Source: Mizuhopecten yessoensis
Lineage: Eukaryota
Assembly: GCF_002113885.1 (NCBI RefSeq)
Contig: NW_018480057.1
Coordinates: 1,606 to 65,605, forward strand
Length of the DNA stretch: 64,000 nt
Direction of reading: 5' to 3'
A program made the translations under genes and the position numbers. The number at the start of each line of letters is the position of its first letter. The first letter of the stretch is position 1. A model generated the notes under the pieces. That model did not search any database. It was given only the letters and a program-made list of their open reading frames with translations, and had not been told where the DNA came from. Below are positions 37,945 to 51,719 of the stretch, piece after piece.

Positions 37945-39053
37945 GCCGAGGATTAGACTAATAACCTGTAACTGAGCGAGATTGGGTCATCTCAGTCTCG
38001 GGCTAAGATTCTGTAACATCCCAACATCGGCTTACGCCTCGGTTGTGATTTTGTTACAGAATCTTTTTTTCTTCAAATATTTTATTTCCCTCAGCCTTTT
38101 TTTTCATAAATATATGTATATACATATACTGCCTCCAACCAGATATATATACACATATATAAATATTTTGATAGTTGATGTTTGTTACAGACTGAACTCG
38201 ACTGAAATTACCCGATCTCGCTCAGTTACAGGTAATTGTTTTTTTTTCTCTCGCACCTTTTAGTTCGAAAAGTATCCCGCCTTGGGCCTCAAATGATAAT
38301 GACCTCTTTACTACTAAAGCTACATTACAATGCTTCCGCGTAAAAAAGTAGTCCGTCCTTACTTAGATTACAACGTATTTCACAGTGTGGATTATATTTT
38401 ATCTACAACATCAAAAATCTAATGTCGGGGTGGATTCTATTTCCTGCTTATTACCTAAAATCCGTAAAAACAGCTGCTATTCTACTAAAGTTGTAAACTG
38501 TCCAAACATTTAACATTTGCATATGAAGCCCGAATGGCAATTGTAAGTGACGTCAATGACCCTGCCTGACTCAAAACGTCATGAAATCACGTCACGAACA
38601 ATAGTGTGACCCGAAAGGTCACTAAAATTCCCCCACCATTCTGCGCGTGTAAGCGACCTAGACCCGTGGGTCGGATAGAATTTCGAATATCTCGGTCTAG
38701 TATGCGAGAATACAGAATCTCAGCCGGAGGGTTTCTTTGGCAAACAATAACCGTAGAAGATATTTTCCCAATCTTATCAATAAAATGTTCCACAACTATG
38801 GATATTAGCCATGAAGAGGATTCTTTTCCCCTTTTCTATCTTAAATATATGTTCGAAAACAACAGAAATCAGCATTTGGAATTTGGTATCTTTCAAAGTT
38901 TGCACATGTTTTCCCGTTGAAACCCCCCGTAACGTACTTTGTTGCTGTAACGTCATTCTATTGTTAAGTTCGATTGAAGTATTACGTAATGACGTAATGC
39001 TTACTATCATCGGGAATAACAGAGATTTTATATCACCGGGGATGACAGAGAAG
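37945..39053 (+). mobile_element. Non-autonomous Crypton-like hairpin element (37945-38710) plus an abutting related segment
   Basis: Long palindrome TAACCTGTAACTGAGCGAGAT...ATCTCGCTCAGTTACAGGTAA with apex TCGGCTTACGCCTC (38027-38040). Post-hairpin TCTCGCA is complementary to the end TGCGAGA (~38703). GCGCGTG + short palindrome before the end, as in the Crypton at 51720-54102. Confidence 0.55.
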
Positions 39054-39322
39054 TGTGGCCGGGTGGCACAGGGATAGCACACTTGTCATTCACGTCTGGA
39101 AATTCAAATTCCTTTTGTCCGGTATCCTACCACCCTAAGAACCTCTATGCGTTTTCATTCGGGGAATAATATTTATAATTGTCATAAAAGAAATAAAATT
39201 TATATTTTGTAACAGAGAAACCCGAGAAGGTAAAACTTGAGACACTTCTGTGATGGTGAAAGAGAAATAAGTTATCATTCAAAGCCAAGAAGATTTGTCC
39301 CGATGAACACAGTGCCGATGTA

Positions 39323-42300
39323 CTACACCTGTGGTCGACCTTTTGCATGCTTCTTACAACATCTGGATAAATAATTTGTGATGTCTATAAGGATGACGGA
39401 GCCAAAAATACAGGCGAGAAAGAGCGCGCCGACGAGGCCAATACCTTTGGAGGACGGACGTGAATCACTGGCACTGATCAACTTTCTTTTCCAAGCCGAC
39501 GTCGTGGTCTTCTGTACGAAAAGCTCTGATTTCAGGGCTTGAACCATGGACTTCAACTTTTGAACTGTCAAATTCCTAGGAACACTCTGGAGTTTGCATT
39601 TTGAACACGGACAATTCTCAGCCACTGGTTGAGTTGTGACATGGGGAAACTGAAAGAGTAAATACAGACTATCTTAGTCCCTGCTATTTTTTTATATTTT
39701 GTTTTCATCTCAGGTCATTTAAGATATTCTCGTTTTACTTATATACACATCTTAAAAATTTTGTGAAAGATACGAAGCACGTTAGTTGTTCATCATTATA
39801 ATCATTAGAAAAATAAGGATGCACGCGGTTAAACGTTAAGTTAGTCGGTTATTTAAGAAAGTAAATAATTAATGCACTAATTAAACAATTCATTCTTTTA
39901 ATGCTCATAAATGAAATCAAAGGTAAAACATGTCTAAAATGTTCCTAAAAAAGCATGTAAAAGTGCATCAAAAGGAAAACGTGCATATACAACCCATTAT
40001 CAAAGTAAATAATGAATGCACTAATTAAACATTTCATTCTTTTAATACCCATAAATGAAATCAAAGGTAAAAAAATGTCTAAAATGTTCATATGTGCATA
40101 TACAACCCTTTATCAAATTGTAATTTAGATATTATGGTTATGGCAGATAAATGTTTTACATTAATTTCAGTTATACTGGGCGATGTATATTATTGTTAAA
40201 TATAAAAAAGCAAATACAAAGAAAGGAACCATCTTTTTTGAAAACAGAAAACGTCCATGCAGAAACGAAAAAGAGACCCATTTACTGTACCCCATTTAGC
40301 ACTCAACAATGGAACGTACGTTCTAACGAATGAAAACTCGGGTTTAAAGTGACAAGAAAAAAATAAGTGCCTAGAAAACCCTTTGTTACTTTCGACTAAA
40401 ACGGATGTTTTTAATACAACAGATATTTAAACTTACAACATTCGACTACAATCTATAATTTGTGTTTAATATAACATTATTAGTTGTAAGCTAGTATTTC
40501 AGGTAAACCGTATCCCAAAAAAATCCAGTTTCAATTCAAGTTATCCTACCGATTCAACGACAGTCTGACGTAAAATAATCACCACAAATACAAAATACGA
40601 AGCAAGCAATTATACACCAATTTAAGCTAGTCGATGCTGCAAGCGAAACAATGCTTACTACACCAAATGGCCATTTCGTCTTTTAGAACTTTTAGGACCG
40701 TAACACTGAAGTTTAAAACAATAGAAATGCATGTCTAAAGTGCTTCAGAATCGGTTCCAAAACACAAAAAGACGAGCAAGGTATTTTCCAGTAATCAAGG
40801 ATTTACCACACCCGCCCGATTGACCATAGGAAGAGTCATTTAAAGAGTGAAATGCAAATCACTTGCCTGCAGGGGTGCAAGTGACGAATATTCAAGTAAT
40901 ACATGGTAACTGTTTTACTGCACACTCTGAGTACATACTTGTACACGATAAGAGTTGCCGCATTATATCTATTGGTTGATTTTATCATACTTCATATTCA
41001 CCGTTACCTGTTACAATAAACCCATATTTTCATTTCAGTGGAGAAAACCCCTCCAGTGCAGTCAGTGGAATGTTTGGGCAATATGTAAGGTAGAACGATT
41101 ACGCTATGAGGACGTGATTTTACTTGGATTTGACCTAGCTTTATATGGTGGGTGTTGTCGATGAAGCAGAAGATGCGTACCCATCCGGATCAGATGAACT
41201 GATTCTTCTTGTACGTTATCAAGGAACTCCATGACAATCTTTCCTTTGTCCATATTTTGCACTAGTTTTATCGGTTTGATATCAAGTTATTGGTTTTGAA
41301 ACTGGGATATGCTCTTGTTATTATTGTTGGTATAGTATTTAATTGTTTTGTTTTTGTTTTAGTTTTTGCTTTTTTATACATGTATTTTCAAAAAGGACTT
41401 TGGATATAAGTGCAGACAAATTTATCTGATGAGTTCTTTTTTTAAACAAAGAGCACAATACTACAAATGGTGACAACATTGATCTACAAAGATTATAATG
41501 ATCACCAATACAAAATGCATTGATTATACATGTACACGCATTACCGACACAATCATCACTTTTTCATTAATAGGAAATTCATCTGACTGCACAGACCGTT
41601 TGATAACAGAAAGCCTCCACCAGCTGCGTAAACCTATACATTATAAACACCTCATTAGAAGCTCACTCAGTACAACGGACGGAAACAGGCATACAAAAAC
41701 CGAAGCCATGTGGCGACCAACACAATAACAAACAACAATATAATGACAGGATGGACTCACGTCACATCACAACCCTTGCAGGTTCGGGGAAAGAATAGAC
41801 ATGCTGTATTCCACTGACCGATCGTAAGAGGCGACGTATGTGAGCGGTCGTACGAGGCGACTTATGTAAGCGGTCGATCGAGGCGACTTATGTGCCTTTC
41901 CCTACAAGATCGATTGGTCTCTCCTTTGTCTGCTGGATAGGAGACATTGAAGTAACTAAGGGTAGACCTGTTGTTTCCCACTGCATTTGTATTGTAAAAG
42001 GCGTCTAATGTTGAGGCCCTGCATTATCGGGGGATTTCTTCTATGTCTTTTACGAAGAGCATGGAAGGAACAAAAACTTATCTGCTGTCCCCATTGCAAC
42101 ACTTAAGATATTTTTCGTATCCTATCTTTCCTGTCCCCTGCCTACATTTTTTTCCCGCCAGTGTCTCTTCTAAAGGGACAGTTTCATCCCACGTTGGAAA
42201 CAATTATACAACAAATATCAATTATTATCTTTTCCTAACGTTTTTTTTGTGGTTTAACATACAGTTGGGGCAAACATGTTTTTTTTGCTGGATGTCGGTG

Positions 42301-45300
42301 CAGTAGAATGAATAGCACTACACACTGCATATCCTGTATTTGTTATGTTGGTCATATACAAGGTAGATGGTTATTATAAACATGTAATATATATTTTCTG
42401 TGTTTTATGCTTAATAGAGCAGTATGAAATAAAGGCTATCAAAGTACCACTACAGCCTTAGTCTTGGGCTGATACGGATTAGGATGAAAATGGTCATATG
42501 ATAACCTCTAAATATGCTAATATTAGACGTATTATCTTTTCTAAGACTTTAGTATCAACATATGCTGGTGTTCATGATATATCATATGAAATTTGACAGG
42601 CAACAAACGAATGAAAAGTTAAAACTCGCCTCCTGCTGTTGCCTCGCACTCACATCTACTACATCAAATTTCCTATTCGAAAAATACCAGTTGCTATTAC
42701 CATTACACCAGTGGGACCTCCTTAAAAAGAAGCTTTAATGTTGGAAAGGTCACCAGCCTAGCATCCCCGAAATATATAGGTAAATTGGAATATATATATA
42801 CAAACACACACACATAAATAAAGTATCGTCGATATATGTGATGGAAAATTTTAAGAAAAATATGACAAATATCAAAAATTAAAAAAAAAAATATACGGTA
42901 CAGCGCTTATATTTCACTTTGTTTACGGAATGATAATGTACACGAAATATAAGCTCAATGAATTTAATTTTTGGTATCGATTGACCTAATGATTTTGTAA
43001 AAATTTAGCAACAAACTATTCATGATGCCCACGAAACAAAACCGCGACCATTTCATCCTGCAAAGTGAAAGCGCCATACCGAATAGGAGATGGTCTACCT
43101 TAATGCCATTGCCGTACGGGACCAGTCTTGTGCTTGCTGTTATGTATCTTCTCAATTGACACGACAGGTGTCCTCCAAACGGCTCATTCTTGGATCTGGC
43201 AATGATTGTTTCTTTTGTTTGTAATTCTATGGTGGTGACAGCGAAGCCTGTGGACGACACAGGTATCCAGGATACATTTCGAGTTGTAAATTGGGCCACT
43301 ATGTCCTTTAGGTCACTGTCTTTGGCAACAAGACCGACCTGACAAGATGTTTGGTACGAAGGAGGAGGAGACACAACGTACGATTTACTGTAGGACGTTA
43401 CTGGTGTAGGGAAGTACATAGATGGATTCTGATTATACGTCGTCGCCTTGATATATTGTACAACAAGGATTCGGTAACTAGCGAGAATGTAGCAGAACGA
43501 ACATTCCATCCGGAACTCAAGCACGTCATCAATAGCATCAATAACAAATTTTAAATTTTTATCACATGATGTTATTTTCACGTCTGTGTTGTTTGCCGAT
43601 GATATGATTTGAACTAAATCGTATCCTCTTCTAACAAGAACGTATTGCTTTCCCCAGGAAGAAATAGGAGGAAGCGATTCTATCAAATGATCAGAGCCTT
43701 CAATACCGCCAATAGAGGTTCGATCTGCACCTACAAATACTCCCAGCTTGTTGTTGGACCTCACTATCACCCCGGATAGGTTACCTTTGGACAGAAGTTG
43801 GAATGTCTGCAGATGGAGTAAAGTCAGGGGTAATTCGTCACCTGCCTCGTAGGTGCGGCCGTCGAAGTCTAGGGATCCTTTAAAGGTTGAGGGGAACACA
43901 ATTGAGACATTCGTTGTACCTTGGCTCACACCTACAACTGATATGATGCAATGGCCATTTCCATGGCAGTAAGTTAGAGCCACATGGTCACTGCCTAACT
44001 GACTGTCGGGAAATGGAGTGAACATGTCACCAGAGTCAATATTTGATATATCCTCACAAACGATTGGTGTATTACCTTCTGTGATTATTCTCATACCTTT
44101 GTCCTCCTTACCCGTATCACGAAGACTCGCTACTGGCGTTTGGGTTGTAAGCAAGAAGCCATTCTGCCTAGTGATGTGAATGTGGAGCACGTTGGTCTTG
44201 TTTATCATTGTTAGGTTGGCGTTGTCGTCTTCAGTTGCAATGACAATTGATGTTTCGTGGTCGAATCCAAGTTGATTTTGTATAAAACAGAATGTAAACT
44301 GTTCGCTGACGGCTTGTTGGAAACCTTATAAAACAAATGATTTATAGTTTAATTTCGATTAGAAAGTAAATACACAGTTTCTAGCGGCACATTCGACATT
44401 GCGTTTTCCCACTATATATGTTGCGCCTTTTGAGAGCAAAATCTGGGTTTGGCTGATAAAACTTTTGTCTAAACTGTCATGTCTGTGGAGTTATGAAGCA
44501 GGTACGAACCCTAGTGGTTATTTCACATCAGTTTTGATGTTGGAAAGGTTCTTCGTTGTAGTAACAGTACCTAATAAATCTTCAATTTGCCGATTCATAG
44601 ATAACAAATCAATACAAAAGTCAATAAACAACCAATGTCTTTCGACATGCATGTAATGATATATCAGAGTATAACTTTCCCTCTCGCCGCTGAATCTGAC
44701 GATCTTATACAAAATTTCGTTAAAGTATGAAATGAGGATATAGATGGTAACTAGGTTACCTGTCGAGAGAACCTGGACGTTAGAATACACATTAAATACC
44801 GTAGAAAATCTCATATCATCGGCTAATAGATAAATACTCAAGTGTATTCTGGCTATCGAGAATCTGCTGTGATATTGAGATGATGTATCGATATATTAAG
44901 TATTTGAAGAATGGGTCATAAGGGCGTTAATTCTGATTACCAACATATGTCGACAAAAGTCATTCATAAAACAAAACTTTCTTTGAAACAACAAGCATAA
45001 AATGTGGAGGAAAAGTACCGTTTAAAGACATATGGATTACTCAAAACATTTAACATTAAAACGAAACAGCCTCAGCTGATGGAGCTAATGTCTTACAGGT
45101 ACACCTATTAGAACAGAAAAAAAACCTCCCATCTTCACCCATCCTCCGTATTTACAAGACCGTTCTGTGTGTAGCTTATCCGTTAGTGTAATGTTGGTTT
45201 TAGCAGAAGAACGATTCGAGAATTTACCTTACCCTCAACTTTGGCAAAGTTCTTGATTACCAATCATGCATACTGTCTAAATTTTACACGATCGAGGTGT

Positions 45301-45687
45301 CGAAGTATTTGTCACCATAGAAAGCTACCAATCTATTGAAAAGACAATATTTGTTTACTACAATAACTGACGCGGTCCGAGCACTATTCAATTTTAAAGC
45401 ATGTTTATCATTCAGAAAAACAAGTTATTGATTCAGTCAACATCAACATATCATCTTTGAAATTCCGCAACAAACGCAACATCGAATGCGCCGTTTGGAC
45501 GCAGTGGAATTTTTTCAATGTTTCAATTTCAATGTTTCACGAATCAGTGCATAAAAAATAAAACTGTTTTATACACAAGATTCAAAAGAACAAAACGTTT
45601 TAACTGAAATAAAACAAAACAATCCATACTTATGCTGGCAAGTATAATCCCATATAGGAACGTGTAGTACAGTCTGGACTCAGACAT
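39323..45687 (-). CDS. IgGFc-binding-protein N-terminal domain-like type I membrane protein, copy 2 (557 aa). Exons 45687-45630, 44822-44760, 44324-43099, 39649-39323
   Basis: Same exon sizes as copy 1 (58, 63, 1226, 327 nt), all frames open, GT-AG sites retained. Confidence 0.85.
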
Positions 45688-45917
45688 TCTTTGGAAGGCC
45701 ATGTTGTTTAATATACAGCCACCACGTCACAATGGAACCGTACGGCAATGGTAGACGACACACATCTATGTATCCAAATTATTTATTTGCCTTAGCAATC
45801 TTGAATAAGTAATGCCTACGATCGAGATGTACATATTCGAACACTTTGCGAATCGATATTGCAAAATGCATTACTAATCTTCAATACTTGATACTGCACA
45901 GTACATTATTAGTCAAT

Positions 45918-46798
45918 TGTGACGAGAACGTACCGAGCTAGCTGTTTGTATTTGCAAATTTTCGTTCTTCATATTATTTACGCGCTAGAGTAGAACTGGC
46001 CTTGACCTAGCCCCGGTCAAAACACATGGGTGATGCGGAAAATCTCCTGTTGATTGATAGGTAGGGCGGGGCCTATGAATGCATCGCTTTTCAGCGTGCA
46101 TCGCCATGCCATTCTGTGTCGGAAGCTACGAGAGAGCAGACCATTACTTGTTTGTGGTAAGTCTACTTGAGAGCGAGCTTTCAATGACGGGGTATGTCTG
46201 AATAAGACTAATACCCATTACGGTCACTCAATCGAAAGTATCATACCTTACAAGGGCGAGCTATCGTGTTGCTTCGGGTCCGCTACATTGATAAATCACG
46301 GGCACTGTGATAGCTCGTTAAATTGCTATAGGGAGTTATAGGGACCACCAAGTGGTCAGGATAACTGAAAGTTAGCAAGAGGAGTACATAGATTGTACAT
46401 TATAGGTACATGTAGTGCTACCGAGCTATCATTGTAGCGAGACATCTGCCGTACTGAGCTCTCCGAGCTATTGCCAGAGTACAGGTAGGGTGGTTGAAAC
46501 CTGTGTCGCGGTCAGTGATAGGTAGGTGAGCGATCGGCCGCGTGTATATATGCACGTTCTGAGCGGTCAGTAGCTCTCAGTTAGATTAGTATTAGGTGCT
46601 TTATTGTTCGATTGCATTTACTGTTACATTGATACTGTTTGGTATATATACTCTATATATATTTATTAGCACAAGACGTACATGATCACAATCAGTGTAT
46701 TTGCATCTATACTAGAATATTGATACACCCCAGTAGGGGTAGGTATACTCGCCGGAATCCCCCGTGTGACTGGTACGGACCATAGGGGAAACGTCACA
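45918..46798 (+). mobile_element. Solo LTR, copy 2 (internal ~370-bp deletion)
   Basis: TGTGACG...CGTCACA with CAAT TSD (45914-45917 / 46799-46802). Lacks the TATA/CCAAT segment of copy 1. Confidence 0.8.
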
Positions 46799-48777
46799 CA
46801 ATCAATAGATATATGTGAATCGAACCCATTCTGTCACGAAATGTATAGATAACATATTGTATCTGCTTTAATATACTGATTAAAGTCTACCAGATGATCA
46901 AGTTTTTGCAATCGGTAAATAAAAATGACATCAGATGCATTTTGTTGAAGTGTTTCAATTGATAAATGAAAATGTATATTTGATGGTATTTGTGTTCATG
47001 AATTTCAATCAGTTAATGTAAATTATACCAGATGGCGCTATTTACCCTCTAATTCCATTCAGAACGCGCTTTCAAACATGATGGCTTTTGAGGTAGTATA
47101 TTGTTCTATTTTAATTATTTAGTTTTCTTCATTTTTGACAAAGCAAGTATTTCACTGTTTTTGCACAGCAAGTCTTAGAAAGGCTTAATACGAGCTAAGA
47201 TTTATAAAAACCTTTTTAGCTCTTAAAGCTCCTAAGTGCAGTAGGATGTATTGCCATAAAGTCACATATGTGGGCGCAAAAGGTTGAAAATTCAATAACT
47301 TTGCATTTCGGGTGGGTATTTTTCGCACGCATATTATACCGATATTGTACCTCCCTTTCAACACAGTCTCCCCCCGTGAATTTGTCCGGTGAATAATAAA
47401 AACACAAGTGTGTTTGACGCTACTTCCTGTGAGGGTATTTGTGCATACAAAATATACATATATACTGCAACAACAAGATTATATACAAGCCGGGAAAAAA
47501 TGTGCATAGTCTCTTTCCCTCAGCGATACAGGAGCACACCATGCACTATTTGGCAACTGGTGAATCACAATTATTGATTGGGTTTAAATAAACAATTACA
47601 AAATTGTAATGTGAAGCTTAGTTAAAACATCGCTGACAAGTTAATATATCCGGCAACTATGGAGTGTGTTACGCCACCCATGTTAACGGCTAGGGTCAGT
47701 AAGTGTATTTGGGTTAAACGCTGTACAGATAGAACCGTTCGATAATGGATCGCTCATTCTGGTAAATGTCCATGGGAACCGTGGGTTTGGAAGAACATTT
47801 ATACAACATCGCTTCAACTGAAATTTCGGCCAGGGATGGTGTTGTTCCGATGTCGGATATACGTAAAGGAACTGTAAAATTCAAAGCAATACCACAGGTT
47901 CTTTATGAAGGCATGTGTATGCGTATAATCTTGACCTAAAATGATTTTATGTTTAATTTCAAGTGAAATGATACTGCATAAAATCCTAATTCATTTATAT
48001 GCTTAAAGACTTACATACAACACTTACGGCATGCAGAATTTAATTTCCTCATTGATACCTCTCGACATCTTTCGATAATTCTGTTAAGTAGACTGGGAAA
48101 TTATTCTATTTGAATTAAAATTTGCCAGAAAATGACAACTGTGCAATAAGTAGTGAGATTAGAAAGCACTTACACGGCTGAAACAGTTATAAACATATGG
48201 AATCATTAACACGCGCAGGATATATTGTTTTAATAGAAAGGTACCAGAGCCGAACAGTTTAAATGTTATAAATGATACATTATCTAATTCCTGAACAACT
48301 CACTAGAGCTTATCCATCCAAACAAGGAAATAATCCTGTTTGTTATCTTTCTGTTACAGAAGTACGTTATACATGGTCAATCTTCCACGAAATCGGTTTT
48401 AATTACTATGGCCCAAGATGCACGAGTGTATCCAACTTATGTTAACGTTCTTGAAAGTACGCCATATACATGTGTTTAAAAAGAAGATAACGGCCATTAT
48501 TTCCTGGATGTCGAACATGTATTTATTTACGTATTAAGTACATACTTTTTCACGCTACCACTGCAAACGTAACTGTATAATAATAAAACCATAAATCGAA
48601 CTCAAATCAATTATACTAGAGAAAAAGAAAACAAAAACCAGATGGAGACTATTCAAAAAGCACACATAGAATAGGACAAAGATCTTCATCATCGAAGACA
48701 CCCGCCATACAACTTGAGGTCAAATTAAAGTAAATCCTTTGATGTAATACTAATAATAATTAATAATTGGAGGTTCC

Positions 48778-49072
48778 TATATAACGCTTTTTCACAACCT
48801 AGTTCGTAGGTCGTCTCAAAGCGGTTCACAAATTATCATCCGTGGTTATAGGGCCTTTGCAACCAGCCAATACATTACTCAACTCCCTGGGGAGCATACA
48901 ACCGGAGCTGCCAAACCGGTGCTAACAGCTAGCATTCAACAATTCTAGCACTACCCAACCACGTACTCATTTACAGATGAGTAGACTGGAACAAGCGGAG
49001 TAAAGTATCTTGCTCAAAGAAACAACACATTGCCGTGCCGTGGCGCGAACCCGCAACCCTTCGGTCACGAAA
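48778..49072 (-). mobile_element. tRNA-derived SINE (CORE/Meta-like), 5'-truncated
   Basis: Minus strand reads GGGTTCGCGCC (B-box-like), then TTGAGCAAGATACTTTACTC...CTCATCTGTAAATGAGTAC and TGTATGCTCCCCAGGGAGTTGAG, ending in CGCTTTGAG..AGCGTTATATA. Confidence 0.7.
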
Positions 49073-49075
49073 TTG

Positions 49076-49250
49076 ATTGGCTTTGAAGTCGGATGTCGCT
49101 CCTTTGTAATCTTCAAAGGATAGCAGTTGGTCAGTATTCTTCTTACCTGAGACCAATCAAAAAGCTATTTTCGTGCCTTCAATTTTGCTATGACATATTC
49201 CAGGGGTGTAGAGAGTGAAAGAGAGCGTAACACCTGGAGTATCGAGGATG
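49076..49250 (-). mobile_element. Partial copy of the 33925-34279 MITE family
   Basis: Reverse complement of ~33925-34107, including one TIR ending ...GGAGTATCGAGGATG. Confidence 0.8.
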
Positions 49251-51081
49251 ATCGAAAGGAACCATATTAGGGTTTAAATCGGGGTAAACATATCCATAGA
49301 TCCAATTGAAAAAGACACAGTTTTTTTGTTAAGGACGTTTCATCTTTCATATTTATTTTCAAAACAGTAACATTTGTAGAGAATCATATGATGCCGTTGC
49401 TTGTAACTCATCGTTTTTAGCAGTATCCAAAAAGTATCGAGATATTTTAGATAGCAATAACGTAAAAAAACTCTGAAAAAAAGTATAGAAAAGTGATATT
49501 AATTATTGTATACGTCATGCCTACCAAAAGTCAATATAATGCTTAATAACCAATCTGTAAGCGATTGGATTTTACTTTGTGAACTTTGCACGTCTTTTTC
49601 ATAAATTCAAGGACAATCATATTTTCATTAAAAAATGTAAGTTTTGTATAAACACTTCCTATTAGATTAGATACAACTTTATACAACCCATTTTGATATA
49701 TAATGAAAACCTCAAGTTGATAACAAAATCATGGTGAACAATTCGGATTTAGTTGATAATCATCTAGTACATTCGTACAATGGGTTCAAAGCAAGATGGA
49801 CGGACATTCTTTTGTTAAAAAGCCTAGACAATATATTAAACAATAAAACTAACAATCTTTACATGGAGTCAATTATGCGTAGAACGTGATATTTATGGTT
49901 TAATATTTTATACACTGCATCACAAGTATCAGCATAACTTATATATATACAATTATACATTTTTTCTTACATAATGGAATAATATCACATACAAACTTTT
50001 AACCAAATCAGTGTCCACTATTGCTATACATGATATATGTACATTTAGCTCCCATGTCGAACAAAGTTAATCGAATTTTCTACTTAGAATAAGAGAAATG
50101 TTTATTTTGTGATATGATGTGAATGCCATGGCATGTTATGTGGGACAAATCGTTCAAAACATGGTTAGTTTCGCCTGTTTTTGAAGCTTTGGATGATAAC
50201 AAATGTTTACGTGTATTTGTGAATTTCAACATTTCTTTGAGATAAACTTGATAAAATATTAGCGTCAATTTAAAATAATTACACACTTAAAAACTGGACT
50301 CATATGTCAACATATAATCTGAGCTTGTTTATATACATATACAAAATAAATGTACACAAATTTTGAATTGCAAACAACAGTACTTTATGCCGCCTGATTC
50401 AGTTTATATTGATTCTACATGACTAGTCCCTTGGCCGGATGCGCATGATAGCCTCAGCAGATACGGACGAATAATCAATGTCAAACAACGTTTGATTCTT
50501 TTTCAAACCTCATTAAAAGCGAAGGTACAAATGATAAAAGTATCGACACCCCCAGGAGGATTGGATATCACACGGCTGTACTTCAACGGTGATTGATTGC
50601 AATCACACAGGTCATTAAAAAACAACATAGGGATATCACTTAATCGAAACACGTTACAAAGTCTAAATTAAGCGAGATTTTCCAAACAATGAGCGTCTTA
50701 TCTCGACACATTCTGTAGTAATCAGGATTTCCTGTCATATTCATTAAATGCGGCGATGTTATTGACTCTCTCGACTGCTATTTAATGCTTCGATGAAGCA
50801 TTCTCACAGTCCTTGTCATAATCTTTAGTTACAACTTAATGTTTGTTCCTTGTGTTTAGTTAGTTCCTGACAGAGATGATTTCATGTATTTCATAGGTAA
50901 CTATACTAACTATGTACTGTAATTGTATACGGGTTCGTGATGAATTTCGTTCTTGTTTTGGCGTCTCTTTAAATTTTATTGATAACTATTCGTTTCGACA
51001 TTAAATTACGATTGTATTTGTACTATCAATGATGTATGCCCTTCTGAACAGACATACAATATACTAAAGATTTTTTTTTAC

Positions 51082-51335
51082 ATCAGCTTCTTATCTCGAT
51101 CTTTACTTACAATGTGACAAATAGGGACGGCTAGCTATTAAGCTCTATGTGAAGCTTGCAATTACGATTTTCCGATCATTAACTTTCTCTTTCGTGATGG
51201 AAACACCCCTGCTTCCCGATCTACGGTGTTTACATGTCATAGTTGATTCGATATATATGGTCTGCTCTGAGTATCACATTTTCCGCGATAGATGACGGAC
51301 CAACTTACAACACAAGGTTTCGACAGATGTTAATT
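51082..51335 (+). pseudogene. Penelope-like retroelement RT C-terminal fragment
   Basis: SASYLDLYL..GRLAIKLY..DFPIINFLF.DGNTPAS..YGVYMS.LIRY in shifting frames. Confidence 0.7.
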
Positions 51336-51719
51336 GATAACGATTACGTGCTAATCGGCACGAGGCTGTCTCCCCCTAGGGGGTGACAAGCTGATCTTTC
51401 CCGGCTAAAACGGGAGACACACCTGTGAAGGGTAGGAGAATTCTGTTTATGTCTGTTCAGGAGGGCATACATCATTGCTAGTACAAATAAATCCTATTAT
51501 TTCAGTCACAACTCAGCAAACAATAATCTACAAAGATTGTAAACAAAAGCACATGTTGGGTATGAATATCGTCATTCACTTTTGATGACGTCACAATTAC
51601 CGATGACGCATTTTAATGACGTCACAATTGAACACGTGCTTATCGGCACGATGCTATCTCCCCCTAGGGGGTGACAAGCTGATCTTTCCCGGCTAAAACG
51701 GGAGACACACATGTGAAGG

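Larger units (their letters stand above)
32847..47937. repeat. Segmental duplication, copy 2 (~15.1 kb)
   Basis: Colinear with 14914-30749; its left end cuts into the LINE RT fragment. Confidence 0.95.

Noticed and set aside
38587-39082. Overlapping ~100-aa ORFs on both strands (and 20608-20907)
   Set aside because: They lie in the non-autonomous Crypton-like block, frames are not conserved between duplicate copies, and there are no recognisable motifs.
49020-49072. tRNA-like B-box sequence
   Set aside because: It is a truncated SINE head, not a full cloverleaf tRNA gene.
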